A stretch of DNA of 64,000 nt from contig CALGLP010000010.1 in NCBI GenBank assembly GCA_937930175.1, positions 49,347 to 113,346 on the forward strand, read 5' to 3'. Positions 38,913 to 49,496 of the stretch are shown in pieces (within the stretch, counting starts at the first letter, position 1; each line of letters opens with the position of its first letter). The position numbers and the translations under genes are program-made. Source of the stretch: an uncultured bacterium (GTDB lineage Bacteria > Omnitrophota > Gorgyraeia > Zapsychrales > Aceulaceae). The notes beneath the pieces are model-generated. The model saw only the letters and a list, made by a program, of their open reading frames with translations. It did no database searches and was not told where the DNA came from.

Positions 38913-39284
38913 CTAGATCAATTTCTTAATTTTTACCGCCAAATCATCAAACTCAAAAGGCTTCATAACATAATCATTGGCACCATAAAACTGATGCGCC
39001 TTGTCAATCAAATTTCTTTCAAGGACTTGGGCTGTAAAAACAACGATCGGAATATGCTTGATCTCATCATCACAGCGCACTTCGTCGCAAACCTGATACC
39101 CGTCCTTATAGGGCATAGAAATATCCAGTAAAATCAAATCAGGTTTTTCTCGCTTAATATCCTCAATCGCATTCTTTGAAGAAGTAAAGCCAACTACACG
39201 ATAGCCTTTTTTTTCAAGTTTTTTCTGCGTCACCTTAAGAATATCTTGTTCATCATCAAAAATAACAATCTTTTTTCCTGCCAT
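38913..39284 (-). CDS. single-domain response regulator (REC only)
   Basis: A 123-aa CheY-like protein with the conserved D/K positions. Confidence 0.8.
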   Translation of the reverse strand: MAGKKIVIFDDEQDILKVTQKKLEKKGYRVVGFTSSKNAIEDIKREKPDLILLDISMPYKDGYQVCDEVRCDDEIKHIPIVVFTAQVLERNLIDKAHQFYGANDYVMKPFEFDDLAVKIKKLI

Positions 39285-39465
39285 AATCCCCCCCTACTAC
39301 AAGTTAAAAATAACGCTCTAATCCAAGCAACAGATACCCAACAATACCTTAAAATAACACAACCCTTAGGACGTGGCAACCATTCTTTATCTTGAAAGCA
39401 GCACAACCGTATTTTCAACCATCTGCCTTAAGTATAAAAACTAAGAAAATCTCATCATAAAAACA

Positions 39466-41376
39466 CTACGCGCTTTTAGGAAACTCGAAAATAAACTTTG
39501 TTCCAACACCTAACTCGCTTTCAACCCAGATGGTTCCCTTGTGCAGCTCTACAAGCCCTTTAGAAATGGAAAGTCCTAGCCCTGTGCCCTTGACTGCGCC
39601 CTCCTGTTGACCAAACTGCTTAAATTTACCAAAAACCTTCGGTAAATCTTCCGCCGCGATGCCTCTCCCGCTATCCTCAATCGCACAGACAACGGTCTCT
39701 AGTTTCTCCTCAATCACAATCTGGATAAATCCTTTTTCAACAAATTTCATCGAATTGCCAATAAGATTCATCAAGACCTGAATCATTTTATCCTTGTCCA
39801 CATAGACCATGATCGTTTCACTCGAAAACCGTTCACGAATCTCAATATTTTTTTCAGCTGCCTGAGCAACAAAACCATGAGATACCTCTTTGGCCAAAGT
39901 CACAAAATCAACCCAATCCTTGTGCAGCTCGATTTTTCCTGCTTCGATCTTGGAGAGATCAAGCAAATTATTGACCAAATGCGTCAAGCGATTCACATTC
40001 TTAAGCGATAGGGTCAAAAGCTTTTCAGCCACTTCCCTCGAAGTATGGGTCCCAACGTCTAAAAGCTGCGATAAGCTCCCCTTAATAATCGACATCGGAG
40101 TGCGCAACTCATGCGAAACAATAGAAACAAACTCACTTTTAAGCTGGTCAAATTTCTTAAGTTCTTCTTTTTGCTCTTCGAGTATTTTATTCTTTTCCTT
40201 TAACTGCGTGGTGGTCACCGACAAGACCTTGGTCATCTGATTAAATGCCCGAGAGAGATCCCCTAGCTCGTCGCTACCGGAAATTGGCGCGTCCACATCA
40301 TAATGACCGCTTGCGACTTTGAGTGAGGCATCGCGCAGGCGAAGGATAGGAAAAACAAAGGCCTTCTGCATCAGCCGAACCAAAAACACGATCAAAACGA
40401 TCAACACAAAAAGCACCATCAGCGTGCGATTACGAAACGCGATCACTGGCTGCAGCGCTTCAGAAACGCCTGTTTCCGTCACAACGCACCACTGCTGATC
40501 CGGAAGAAATTTCTGAACACCCAAGACTCGCCCCTTCGTATAACTGCGATACACATACGGGCTCTTCTTACCTTCAAAACATGCTTCTACCCCGTCGGTA
40601 GAGACCTGTTGCTTGAGAACCGCGTCTTTAAGAAAACGTGACTCAGTGATCATCTGCCGATCCTTATTGACAATATACGTTTCAGTCGTTTCCCCCAAAC
40701 CCTCGCGTACCGTTGTAATATCATTTAAGACTCTTGCACTGGATTTCAAAAATACAACACCGCTATATTCCCAGCTCGTCCAATTGCGCACCCCTTCGAG
40801 CACTGTCAGATAATTGCTACCAGTCAAGGCATCCAATTCAAAACCTTTAAAATAAGCTCCTTTTTCATAAAGAACCTGCAAAAACTTGAAAGGCATTTTT
40901 CTACCAACAAAGGAACGATTCGTATCGGCCACAATATTGCCATGAATATCCCAAACACTAATATTGGCAACGTTGGACTCTCGATCAATATACTGATAAT
41001 CACTGCGCGGAGCCTTATTGATCTCGTAAAAAACACTTTCAAGCTCAAGCTGGATCAAATTAATCTGAGGCAATTCTGTCGATCCCTGGGGATTTAACTG
41101 GCGAATGATATAGGATCCTGCAAGCTGCTTGGCCTGCTCTTGCTTAATACGGATCAGGCTATTGATATGGGAAGCACGAGAATCATTAATGGCCTGCAGA
41201 TGGCCGATGGTTTTACGCTCAAGCTCGGACTTGGTATGAAAATAATTGACAAGGCTAATAAAGGCAAGCGGAACAACCGAAATAACGATCAAGGATAAAA
41301 AGAATTTTGTTCCTAGGTCTTTTCGCTGAAAAGCATTTTGAAGGGATTTAACCCAAGCAAACCGTATCATGAACAA
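39466..41376 (-). CDS. sensor histidine kinase (periplasmic Cache-like domain, HAMP, HisKA, HATPase_c)
   Basis: Two TM segments flank about 270 aa of extracytoplasmic domain, followed by an H-box (SHELRTP) and N/G boxes. Confidence 0.8.
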   Translation of the reverse strand: MFMIRFAWVKSLQNAFQRKDLGTKFFLSLIVISVVPLAFISLVNYFHTKSELERKTIGHLQAINDSRASHINSLIRIKQEQAKQLAGSYIIRQLNPQGSTELPQINLIQLELESVFYEINKAPRSDYQYIDRESNVANISVWDIHGNIVADTNRSFVGRKMPFKFLQVLYEKGAYFKGFELDALTGSNYLTVLEGVRNWTSWEYSGVVFLKSSARVLNDITTVREGLGETTETYIVNKDRQMITESRFLKDAVLKQQVSTDGVEACFEGKKSPYVYRSYTKGRVLGVQKFLPDQQWCVVTETGVSEALQPVIAFRNRTLMVLFVLIVLIVFLVRLMQKAFVFPILRLRDASLKVASGHYDVDAPISGSDELGDLSRAFNQMTKVLSVTTTQLKEKNKILEEQKEELKKFDQLKSEFVSIVSHELRTPMSIIKGSLSQLLDVGTHTSREVAEKLLTLSLKNVNRLTHLVNNLLDLSKIEAGKIELHKDWVDFVTLAKEVSHGFVAQAAEKNIEIRERFSSETIMVYVDKDKMIQVLMNLIGNSMKFVEKGFIQIVIEEKLETVVCAIEDSGRGIAAEDLPKVFGKFKQFGQQEGAVKGTGLGLSISKGLVELHKGTIWVESELGVGTKFIFEFPKSA

Positions 41377-41754
41377 TCAGCTCTTAATCCTCAGCGCATT
41401 CTTAACGCGCTGGCATAAATCTTCAAGATCGTAGGGCTTTTTAATAAAATCCGTGATCCCGGCATGAAGCACCTTATGTTTAAGCTCTTCGTCCTCAGTT
41501 CCGGAGAGGACAATCACAGGAATAATTTTTGTTTTAACAGAAATCTTGATATTCTTAAGAACGCTTAATCCCCCGCCAGCTGGCAAATTGATGTCCAAGA
41601 TGATCAGATCTGGCTTCTCATTATACACGGAGGCTGTTCCCTGGAGCGCGTCATGGGCCAAGGCAACGGCATAGCCTTTGGCCTCCAAATTCATCTGCAA
41701 CACCATAGCTAAATCAACATCATCTTCAATAATCAAAATCTTTGGCATAATCAT
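41377..41754 (-). CDS. single-domain response regulator (REC only)
   Basis: A 125-aa CheY-like protein whose stop abuts the kinase start. Confidence 0.8.
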   Translation of the reverse strand: MIMPKILIIEDDVDLAMVLQMNLEAKGYAVALAHDALQGTASVYNEKPDLIILDINLPAGGGLSVLKNIKISVKTKIIPVIVLSGTEDEELKHKVLHAGITDFIKKPYDLEDLCQRVKNALRIKS

Positions 41755-41894
41755 CCCCTTTAATCATCAATGATATATCGGAATTTCTCAGGCACGAACC
41801 CATTTTTGACAAGACACTCCAACACTTTTACCTCACCCTTAAAATAACACGCGCCTCTATGCGTAGCAAACAAATTCCTATCTTTGTCGCTAGC

Positions 41895-44810
41895 TTAGCG
41901 AGGGCTCTTGACTTGGGCACAGGGACAAATTTGATTATAGGCGCAATACGAACATGCCAAATAATTAGGCTTGGCCTCAAAATCACAGCCGCGAATACCC
42001 ACAGATGCCTTTTCAACAGCTTCCAAAACTCTTTCCACATCTTTTTCAGTAACCTCGACGCGTCCTACGAGCCCCGTTTCCAAAAAACGCAACTCTTTAA
42101 AATCCGGCAGCTTCCCTGTTGCGTGCTTGTATGCCAGGCTGTAAAGGCTTAGCTGCAAGTTGTCCTTGGCCTTCTTATCCGCCTCTTGCTGCTTATGCAT
42201 TTCAGACGACTTAAAATCCACGACCGTGACCATACCATCGACGACATCCACACGATCCCATCGGCCAACCAAACGATTGTTGTTGAGCAAGAAAGAAAAC
42301 TCCTGCTCAACTAAGGAGGGAATAATGTTCAAAATCTCCTGCTCGCGGTAAAAATTCTTGAGCGCAACCTCCGCTGATTTTAGGCGCAAGGTAATATGTT
42401 CCTGCGAAATAAAACCCTCCTTACGAAACGAGTTCTCAAAAACGTTAAGGACATCCTCTTCACTCACAGGCCGATGCTGCATCTTACATTGATGATAGTG
42501 CTGGACCGCATCGTGAAGCGCCTTGCCGTAGGCCACGGTATGATGGGTCATGATCGGCACATGCAAAAGATGGACATATTTATATTTTAAGGGACAGGTC
42601 AAATAATCATCGATCTGGTAATAGCTTAAAGATAAAATCTTTTCATCCGAGAGCTTGCCAACAACGCTGATAGGCGGCGTGATCGCTGGCGCATTGCGCT
42701 CAATAGCCTGTATGGCTGATGCCTTGATCAAAGGCTTGTCTCGCTGCTCAGCCACAGCCTCTTTAATAAAACGGCTAATCTTACGCGGCTGTTTGGTTCC
42801 ATAATCCACGCCCGATGTCAAATACAATGCGTCCTTGGCCCTGGTCATAGCCACATAAAAAAGCCGCCGCTCTTCTTGAAGATGAAAATCGCCCATAGGT
42901 AAAATATCTTTGATCAAAGCCTCCGGAAGTTCAATGGGCTCGCTGCGCTTAGGCCATGGAAATTTTGTTTCGACCAAGCTCACCATAAATACGACCGCAA
43001 ACTCCAAACCCTTGGCCTTATGAATCGTCATCACATTAACCGCTGGGGTATCAAGCTCAGCTTCGACAACGGCCGGGTCATCACCTGCCTCGATTAGCAT
43101 ATCCAAATACTGGACAAAATAAAGAACACGGTCTTCGTTGGTGGCATACTCAAAATTACGCACCATATCAAAAAACTTCGCCAGATTACAAAGCGCAGAT
43201 TCATTTTCCGCTGTTTGCTCCTTGGCCAAGCTTGCCAAAAGTCCACTTTGCGATAAAAAGGTATAAAGCAGTTTTCCTGTGGCATCATCTTTCGACGAAA
43301 GAATATAGCTTTCAACATCCTTCACCAAGGCATTCTTGGCTTTTAAAAAGTCATCAAAAAAATGTTCCTCTTCCAGCGTTTCGGCCTTATTGAGAGTAAA
43401 AAATAAATCCCACTGCTTGCGCTTGGCAATATGCATAAGCCGTGAGAGTTCCGTGGGTGACAATTGGTACACCGAAGATGTCGCCAGATAAAAAAGACTT
43501 AACGAATCCATCGGGTTGGCAATCGTGCGCAGAAAGGAAATACAAAGCCGAACCTCAGGCCGTGTATAAAGACCTTGGTTACCACTAAATTGCCACGGGA
43601 TCCCCCGCATATTAAGAGCGCGAATGAAAGGATCTGCCGTCGAATTGGACCGAACAAGGATCGCGAAATCTTTATATCCATATTGACCTTCGTTCACAGC
43701 CTTCTGGATAAAATCCGCGACCCAATCACTTTCAGAAGAAAGTGTATCAAAATGCATATGCACAGGCGCTGACCCTTCCTTCTTGAGGCCAACAAGCTTC
43801 TTGTTGATACTCGCCCTGATCTCAAAGCGATCAGGATTATTATTTTGAATCAACTGATACGCGGCATCAAGAATCGGTTGCGTCGAACGATAATTTCGCG
43901 TGAGCGCGATCTTTTCGCTATCCGGAAAACATTCCATAAACCCAAGAATATTGCTGATCGCAGCGCCCCGCCATTTATAAATCGACTGATCGTCGTCGGC
44001 CACAACCGTGAGATTGCGATGCTTGGCGGCCAAAAGCTTCACCAACTCAAACTGCGCATAATTGGTATCTTGAAATTCATCCACTAGGATATATCGAAAT
44101 TGATTTTGATAACGCTTCAAGGTCGACGGATGCTCACGCAAAAGTTTCAGCGCAAGAAAAAATTGATTGGCAAAATCGAGTTTGCCGGTTTTAAGAAGAA
44201 GCTCCTGGTACTGGGCATAGCAGCGCGCAAGCTCTAAATGCTTCTCCGCCTCTTCTTGAAGGGATTCATCCGCGCTACATGCGGTACTTTTCTGTTTCAA
44301 GCCCTGGGCGTAGGCCAAATAGTCTTGAGGCGAAACATCTTCATCGCGTGCCCGTGAAAACAGCGAGATCATGGCATCAACAAATTTGGTCGGGTTCCCC
44401 AGTGGACGGTAAAACTGGAGATTAAATTTAAAAAGATTTTCGCGGAAGAAAACAGACGCCTGGGGCCGTGTCAATACTTTAAAATCAGGATCCATGCCAA
44501 GCTCAAGGGCATTGTCCCTTAAAAGCCTGTCCCCAAAAGAGTGAAAGGTTGAGATCCACGTATCGGTAAAACCGTAAGGCACAAGGATGTCGACTTTTTC
44601 CTGCATTTGATAGGCGGCCTTGTCAGTAAAAGTTAACGCTAAGATTTCACTAGGCTTAACTTTACGCTCAACAATCAAATGCGCGATTTTATGCGTGATG
44701 ACCGTGGTCTTGCCTGTGCCGGCCCCGGCAATGATCAGCAGCGGGCCTTGCTCATGCATGACAGACTTTTCTTGTTCAGGATTTAATGTGGATTTGGCAA
44801 TATCAGACAA
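41895..44810 (-). CDS. UvrD/PcrA-type helicase fused to C-terminal PD-(D/E)XK (RecB/Cas4-like) nuclease with Cys cluster
   Basis: N-terminus AGAGTGKT, the UvrD helicase motifs, and a C-terminus with a PD-(D/E)XK core and CxxxC...CSYCAYNQICPC; 971 aa. Confidence 0.8.
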   Translation of the reverse strand: MSDIAKSTLNPEQEKSVMHEQGPLLIIAGAGTGKTTVITHKIAHLIVERKVKPSEILALTFTDKAAYQMQEKVDILVPYGFTDTWISTFHSFGDRLLRDNALELGMDPDFKVLTRPQASVFFRENLFKFNLQFYRPLGNPTKFVDAMISLFSRARDEDVSPQDYLAYAQGLKQKSTACSADESLQEEAEKHLELARCYAQYQELLLKTGKLDFANQFFLALKLLREHPSTLKRYQNQFRYILVDEFQDTNYAQFELVKLLAAKHRNLTVVADDDQSIYKWRGAAISNILGFMECFPDSEKIALTRNYRSTQPILDAAYQLIQNNNPDRFEIRASINKKLVGLKKEGSAPVHMHFDTLSSESDWVADFIQKAVNEGQYGYKDFAILVRSNSTADPFIRALNMRGIPWQFSGNQGLYTRPEVRLCISFLRTIANPMDSLSLFYLATSSVYQLSPTELSRLMHIAKRKQWDLFFTLNKAETLEEEHFFDDFLKAKNALVKDVESYILSSKDDATGKLLYTFLSQSGLLASLAKEQTAENESALCNLAKFFDMVRNFEYATNEDRVLYFVQYLDMLIEAGDDPAVVEAELDTPAVNVMTIHKAKGLEFAVVFMVSLVETKFPWPKRSEPIELPEALIKDILPMGDFHLQEERRLFYVAMTRAKDALYLTSGVDYGTKQPRKISRFIKEAVAEQRDKPLIKASAIQAIERNAPAITPPISVVGKLSDEKILSLSYYQIDDYLTCPLKYKYVHLLHVPIMTHHTVAYGKALHDAVQHYHQCKMQHRPVSEEDVLNVFENSFRKEGFISQEHITLRLKSAEVALKNFYREQEILNIIPSLVEQEFSFLLNNNRLVGRWDRVDVVDGMVTVVDFKSSEMHKQQEADKKAKDNLQLSLYSLAYKHATGKLPDFKELRFLETGLVGRVEVTEKDVERVLEAVEKASVGIRGCDFEAKPNYLACSYCAYNQICPCAQVKSPR

Positions 44811-44839
44811 GATGGTTACCTTTTGTTAGGGCATCTTGG

Positions 44840-45190
44840 CACTGTCCTTCGCTCAAACACCCTAACCCCCCGATTTCAAAAAATCTTTGGATTGAGGAAC
44901 TCGCGAAAGGACAATGCGAACACGCCATCTAACCCTATTCATTTTAAAGACCGTTGCCGGACCAAAAACCGTAGAGAGGTTGTCTTTTTTGGAGCAGGAC
45001 GTTGTCTTTTTCAGTTCTCCCTAGTGCCAATTTAAATGAACCTGAAATGTCTCGATTCCATCTATTATCAAGTCAAGGAAAATCGAGACAGGTTTCGCCG
45101 CTGGTAACAACGCGAAACCGAAACGCCGAGCGATCTTTTCCACGCCGGGGAAAAGGAGCGTTCCTGCGAAAAAAAAGACAATCTCAATGG
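44840..45190 (+). repeat. about 350-nt conserved intergenic element, copy B (homolog of 18265..18670)
   Basis: Colinear alignment with copy A. It lies directly upstream of the helicase-nuclease start codon. The stem gtctcgatt...aatcgagac covaries with copy A's ggctcgatt...aatcgagcc. Confidence 0.55.
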
Positions 45191-45275
45191 ATAATGCCGG
45201 CACACCTACTAGAGTAATATCGCTCAAAGAAATCCCGCTTAATCCAAACAATCATTCATGCCCTTCTTTTTCAGA

Positions 45276-45497
45276 CTAAGGTGTTTTTGTCGGCTTCTTG
45301 AACTTATTAAAGAAAGAACACTCGTATTTACAGGCAATTTCTGGATAGGCACCCTTAAACTCGGCCACGCAACTGGTCATGCATCTTTGATAAAGAAAAC
45401 CAATTGTGCCAACCGTGCCCAATAATACTGCCAAAATTAACAACCACAACACTTTTCTTTGCATAAAGACTCCCGTTGTTTTGATTTTATTTTTCAT
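45276..45497 (-). CDS. small membrane protein with four Cys
   Basis: One TM helix (LWLLILAVLLGTVGTIGFL) and a C-terminal CxxxC...CxxxC; the start is uncertain. Confidence 0.4.
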   Translation of the reverse strand: MKNKIKTTGVFMQRKVLWLLILAVLLGTVGTIGFLYQRCMTSCVAEFKGAYPEIACKYECSFFNKFKKPTKTP

Positions 45498-45581
45498 GGC
45501 TTCATTATAACAAAATCTTTTGGGTTTCAAACTTGTTTTTCGTCTTTAAAAAAGCAAGAGGAGCAAATTTTTAAAGCCCCC

Positions 45582-45609
45582 TTGACAAAGCAGCTATTTT
45601 TAGTATACT
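45582..45609 (+). promoter_or_regulatory. canonical sigma70 promoter of rpmB
   Basis: TTGACA (45582-87), a 16-nt spacer, TATACT (45604-09), and then the RBS AAGAGGA and the ATG at 45636. Confidence 0.6.
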
Positions 45610-45635
45610 TTGATTTCAAAAGAAAGAGGAATATT

Positions 45636-45863
45636 ATGGCAAGAATATGCGAAACCTGCGGAAAATCCGCAACATCAGGTCGTAAATACAAAAGACGCGG
45701 TATGGCTGTCCGCAAAGGCGGCGCCGGTCAGAAAATCGTTGGAAAAACACTCCGTCGTTTTCTTCCCAACTTGCAGAGAATCAATATTATCGTTAAAGGG
45801 ACCAAAAGAAAAGCCGATGTCTGCGTTGAGTGCATCAAATCTGGAAAAGTTACAAAAGCCTAA
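45636..45863 (+). CDS. rpmB: 50S ribosomal protein L28
   Basis: MARICETCGKSATSGRKYKRRGMAVRKGGAGQKIVGKTLRRFLPNLQ...; the ORF-track N-terminal extension was removed. Confidence 0.9.
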   Translation: MARICETCGKSATSGRKYKRRGMAVRKGGAGQKIVGKTLRRFLPNLQRINIIVKGTKRKADVCVECIKSGKVTKA

Positions 45864-45973
45864 AGAAAACCTAATACCCAATGTCCAAGCCCGAATGTCG
45901 AAGGAACGATTCAATCTTTAGTATCTCAACTGGACGTTTAATCATTAGGACACCCTTTGGCATTGTGACTTGG

Positions 45974-47674
45974 TCATTGATTCATTTCTAGCTTGATGTC
46001 TTTTAATTCCAACTGCACGCGCGGTTCTTTATTCCAATCATCGATCGAAATCTTGTAGACAATATCAATACTCTTGCCCTGCTGCAGCAAGGGCTGATAC
46101 TGTCCCATCCCAAAGCCCACAGCCGAGAAAACATTGCCCTGACTGTCCGCCACCCAAAATTTCAACGTATCACGGCTCAAAACAACCGCTGGGCTTTTAA
46201 CGATGAGCGCCTTGGAGCAAAACAAAGGCTCAGGATTTCCCTCACCAAAAGGTTCAAGACGATTCACAATCTTGACTAAGCTCATATTCACTTGGCTGAC
46301 GGGAATTTCACAATCCACTGAAAGGCTAGGAACAAGATCCTCATCCTTAATAGTTTCCTGCGCGATCACGTTGATCTCTTTCTTAAAGGCCTCAAGATTT
46401 TCTTCTTTGACCGTCAACCCCGCGGCATGATCATGGCCGCCAAAATTTTCTAATAAATGTCCGCAGCGCACCAAAGCGTCAAAAAGATGAAACCCATCAA
46501 TAGAGCGCGCCGAACCCACAGCAATGCCCTCTTCAAGTGATAAGACAATGGCTGGCCGATAAAAGGTATCCATAATGCGCGACGCCACAATACCCACAAC
46601 CCCGCGGTGCCAACCTTGAGCGCTTAAAACAATCACACGATCTGTTTTAAAATTAATCTCCTGCTCAACTTTACGCAAGGCCTCCTCGATCATGGCGCTT
46701 TGTGTGGTTTGCCGCTTACGATTATGCGACTCAAGAAGCTCAGCGATCTCGCTTGCCTCTTTTTCATCTTGACTTAAAAGAAGCCGCAGGGATTTTTCCG
46801 CTGAATCTATCCGCCCCATGGCATTAATGCGCGGGCCCAAAATAAATCCAACATGACGCGGCGTTATTTTCTTACCGTTAATGCGCGATGCCTTGATCAA
46901 AGCCGCAAGCCCAAAATTCTTTGTTTTCTCAATGCACGCAAGCCCTTCGCGAACAAAAATCCTATTCTCCCCATAAAGCGGAACAACATCCGCAATCGTC
47001 CCCAAAGCAACAAGATCTAAATGTTCTCGATGCGATGGACCTAAAAGTGCTTGAGACAATTTAAACGCAAGCGCTACAGCCGCCAGGCTTCCAAAAGGAT
47101 AAAGACAATCTTTACGCTTGGGGTCGATCACAGCCACCGCGTTAGGCAATTTGTCGGCTAAGGGTTCATGATGATCAACAACGATGACATCAATGCCTTC
47201 TTCCCGAAGAGTTTCGACTTCTTCGATGGCGCTAATGCCGCAATCAACGCTCACAAGTAAAGTCACACCCTCTTCCCTGGCCACTTTTGCAATGGTATGA
47301 TTAAGCCCATAGCCATCATGCAGGCGGTGTGGAATGTGATTGATGACCTCAAGCCCAAACTTCTTTAACGCACACGTCAAGATTGCCGACGACGTAACGC
47401 CGTCCACATCGTAATCGCCAAAGATCATTACTTTCTCACCTGCCTGACGCGCCGTCTCAAGCCGCGCAATGGCCTTGTCCATATCTTTAAGCAGAAAGGG
47501 GTCATGAAGTGATTTGAAGTCCCCATGCAAAAAATCACGCGCCTCGTCAACCGTGCGGACATTGCGATTGACGAGCAATTGGGCAACAGCCGGGTGAATA
47601 CCCAGGCTGTCAGAAAAAAGAACCTGGAGCTGTGGATGAGGGGTCTTGATGATCCACTTCTTGGCAATCATCAT
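45974..47674 (-). CDS. recJ: single-stranded-DNA-specific exonuclease RecJ
   Basis: DHH (DYDVDGVTS, DHH) and DHHA1 domains. I took the start at MMIAKKWIIK. Confidence 0.85.
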   Translation of the reverse strand: MMIAKKWIIKTPHPQLQVLFSDSLGIHPAVAQLLVNRNVRTVDEARDFLHGDFKSLHDPFLLKDMDKAIARLETARQAGEKVMIFGDYDVDGVTSSAILTCALKKFGLEVINHIPHRLHDGYGLNHTIAKVAREEGVTLLVSVDCGISAIEEVETLREEGIDVIVVDHHEPLADKLPNAVAVIDPKRKDCLYPFGSLAAVALAFKLSQALLGPSHREHLDLVALGTIADVVPLYGENRIFVREGLACIEKTKNFGLAALIKASRINGKKITPRHVGFILGPRINAMGRIDSAEKSLRLLLSQDEKEASEIAELLESHNRKRQTTQSAMIEEALRKVEQEINFKTDRVIVLSAQGWHRGVVGIVASRIMDTFYRPAIVLSLEEGIAVGSARSIDGFHLFDALVRCGHLLENFGGHDHAAGLTVKEENLEAFKKEINVIAQETIKDEDLVPSLSVDCEIPVSQVNMSLVKIVNRLEPFGEGNPEPLFCSKALIVKSPAVVLSRDTLKFWVADSQGNVFSAVGFGMGQYQPLLQQGKSIDIVYKISIDDWNKEPRVQLELKDIKLEMNQ

Positions 47675-47810
47675 CTGCCTCCACAGAAAAACACTCCACC
47701 AACATCGAAGCGGGTCAAATAATAGGTAATCCACCAATCTTTACGGCAGATATGCTTCAAAGGATTGCGCCTTAGGATATGAAAATTTATAAACATGGAT
47801 GCACGTGGCT

Positions 47811-49487
47811 TCACATTTTCTCAGGTACGCTAACGCCTAGAAGAGCCAATCCGTTAGCAAAAACAATTTTGGCGGCCATGACAAGGGCAAGGCGCTGGGA
47901 TGAAAGATGAGGGTCGTCTCCGATGACTTTATGTTTATCATAAAATCGGTGAAAGGCTCCTGCAAAATCAATTAAATACGTTAACACCGCAAAAGGATCA
48001 ATCTGATGTAGACACATGGATAGCGCATCTTCAAACGAGGCCATCTTTTTAATCAAATCGATCTCCTCGTCTTCTTTGAGAAGAGAAAAATCACCTGAGG
48101 CAACCTTGATATGCGCTTCCTTGGCCTTAATAAAGATACTATGAATACGCGCATGAGCATACTGAATATAGTATACAGGATTTTCTGGCGTCTGTTCCTT
48201 GGCCAGCTCTAAATCAAATTCAAGATGGGCATTCATGTGCCGCAAAAGAAAGAAAAAACGTGCGGCATCGATCCCCACTTCATCCATCACCTCACGCAAA
48301 CTGATAAACTCTCCCTTACGTGTTGACATGGACACAGGCTGGCCTTTGCGGAAAAGCGTAGCAAGCTGAACGATCAAGACGTCAATTTGCTTGGGATCAT
48401 GGCCCAAGGCTTGTACCGCAGCTTTTAATCTTGGAATGTATCCATGATGATCCGGACCCAAAATATCAATGACCCAATCAAAACCACGATCAAATTTATT
48501 CTTATGGTACGCAATATCCGGTGAAAGATAAGTATACAGGCCATCAGATTTCTTAACGACTCTATCCTTATCATCACCTAACTCTGTTGATTTAAACCAC
48601 GTTGCCCCATCCGCCTGATAAATATATCCTTTTTCCTCGATCGCCTTGAGCGCGTTTTCAATCGTCTCGGGCGTCGCCACCTTGGCCTGCGATGTCCAGA
48701 CATCAAAATGTACGCCAAAATCATTTAAGTCCTTGCGGATCAAGTCCATCAAATACCGAACACCAAAGGCCTGGAAGGCTTGATCCGACAACGCTTGCAG
48801 AGCCTCAAGGGTTTTAATGTTTTGCTCGGCCATAAAATCTCTGGCCATGGCAACGACGTAGGATCCCTGATAATGATCCTCCGGGAAAGGATCCTGGCAT
48901 CCCAAGATCTCTTTGGCGCGCGCCTTGACCGACTGACCCAAAATCTTGATCTGGTTACCTTCGTCATTAATATAATATTCCTTGGTCACGTCAAAACCTA
49001 AAAACTTCAAGATATTGCCCAAGGCATCCCCCACCGCAGCTTGGCGCGCATGCGCAACGGTCAACGGGCCGGTCGGATTCGCCGAAACAAACTCGATCTG
49101 GACTTTCTTCCCTTTTCCTTTTTCTGAAGACCCGTAAGAAGCGCCCTGGCTAAAGATTTCACTCAAGACAGGAAAGAACGCTTTGGGGCTAAGATAAAAG
49201 TTGATAAAGCCGGGTTTCTTGACTTCAACCTTTTCAACAACAGAGGATAACGGCGAGGCTTTGATCTTTTGGTCAACCAAGGCACAGAGATTGTTGGCAA
49301 TCAAAAGGGGATTTTTCTTTAATGGCTTTGCCAGGCGCAAAGCCATATGACAAGAAAAATCCCCATGAATCTTTTCTTTCGTCTGTTCAAGCTCAAAATC
49401 GCTCAGCGATTCAACACCATCGGGAAAGGCTTCACCAACAGCAGCCTTACAAAGCTCTTCGATCTGAAGTCTGAGAGTTGACAACAT
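47811..49487 (-). CDS. argS: arginine--tRNA ligase
   Basis: 558 aa with a HIGH-like region, the KMSK equivalent, and a DALR anticodon-binding C-terminus. Confidence 0.9.
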   Translation of the reverse strand: MLSTLRLQIEELCKAAVGEAFPDGVESLSDFELEQTKEKIHGDFSCHMALRLAKPLKKNPLLIANNLCALVDQKIKASPLSSVVEKVEVKKPGFINFYLSPKAFFPVLSEIFSQGASYGSSEKGKGKKVQIEFVSANPTGPLTVAHARQAAVGDALGNILKFLGFDVTKEYYINDEGNQIKILGQSVKARAKEILGCQDPFPEDHYQGSYVVAMARDFMAEQNIKTLEALQALSDQAFQAFGVRYLMDLIRKDLNDFGVHFDVWTSQAKVATPETIENALKAIEEKGYIYQADGATWFKSTELGDDKDRVVKKSDGLYTYLSPDIAYHKNKFDRGFDWVIDILGPDHHGYIPRLKAAVQALGHDPKQIDVLIVQLATLFRKGQPVSMSTRKGEFISLREVMDEVGIDAARFFFLLRHMNAHLEFDLELAKEQTPENPVYYIQYAHARIHSIFIKAKEAHIKVASGDFSLLKEDEEIDLIKKMASFEDALSMCLHQIDPFAVLTYLIDFAGAFHRFYDKHKVIGDDPHLSSQRLALVMAAKIVFANGLALLGVSVPEKM

Positions 49488-49496
49488 GGATAAAAA

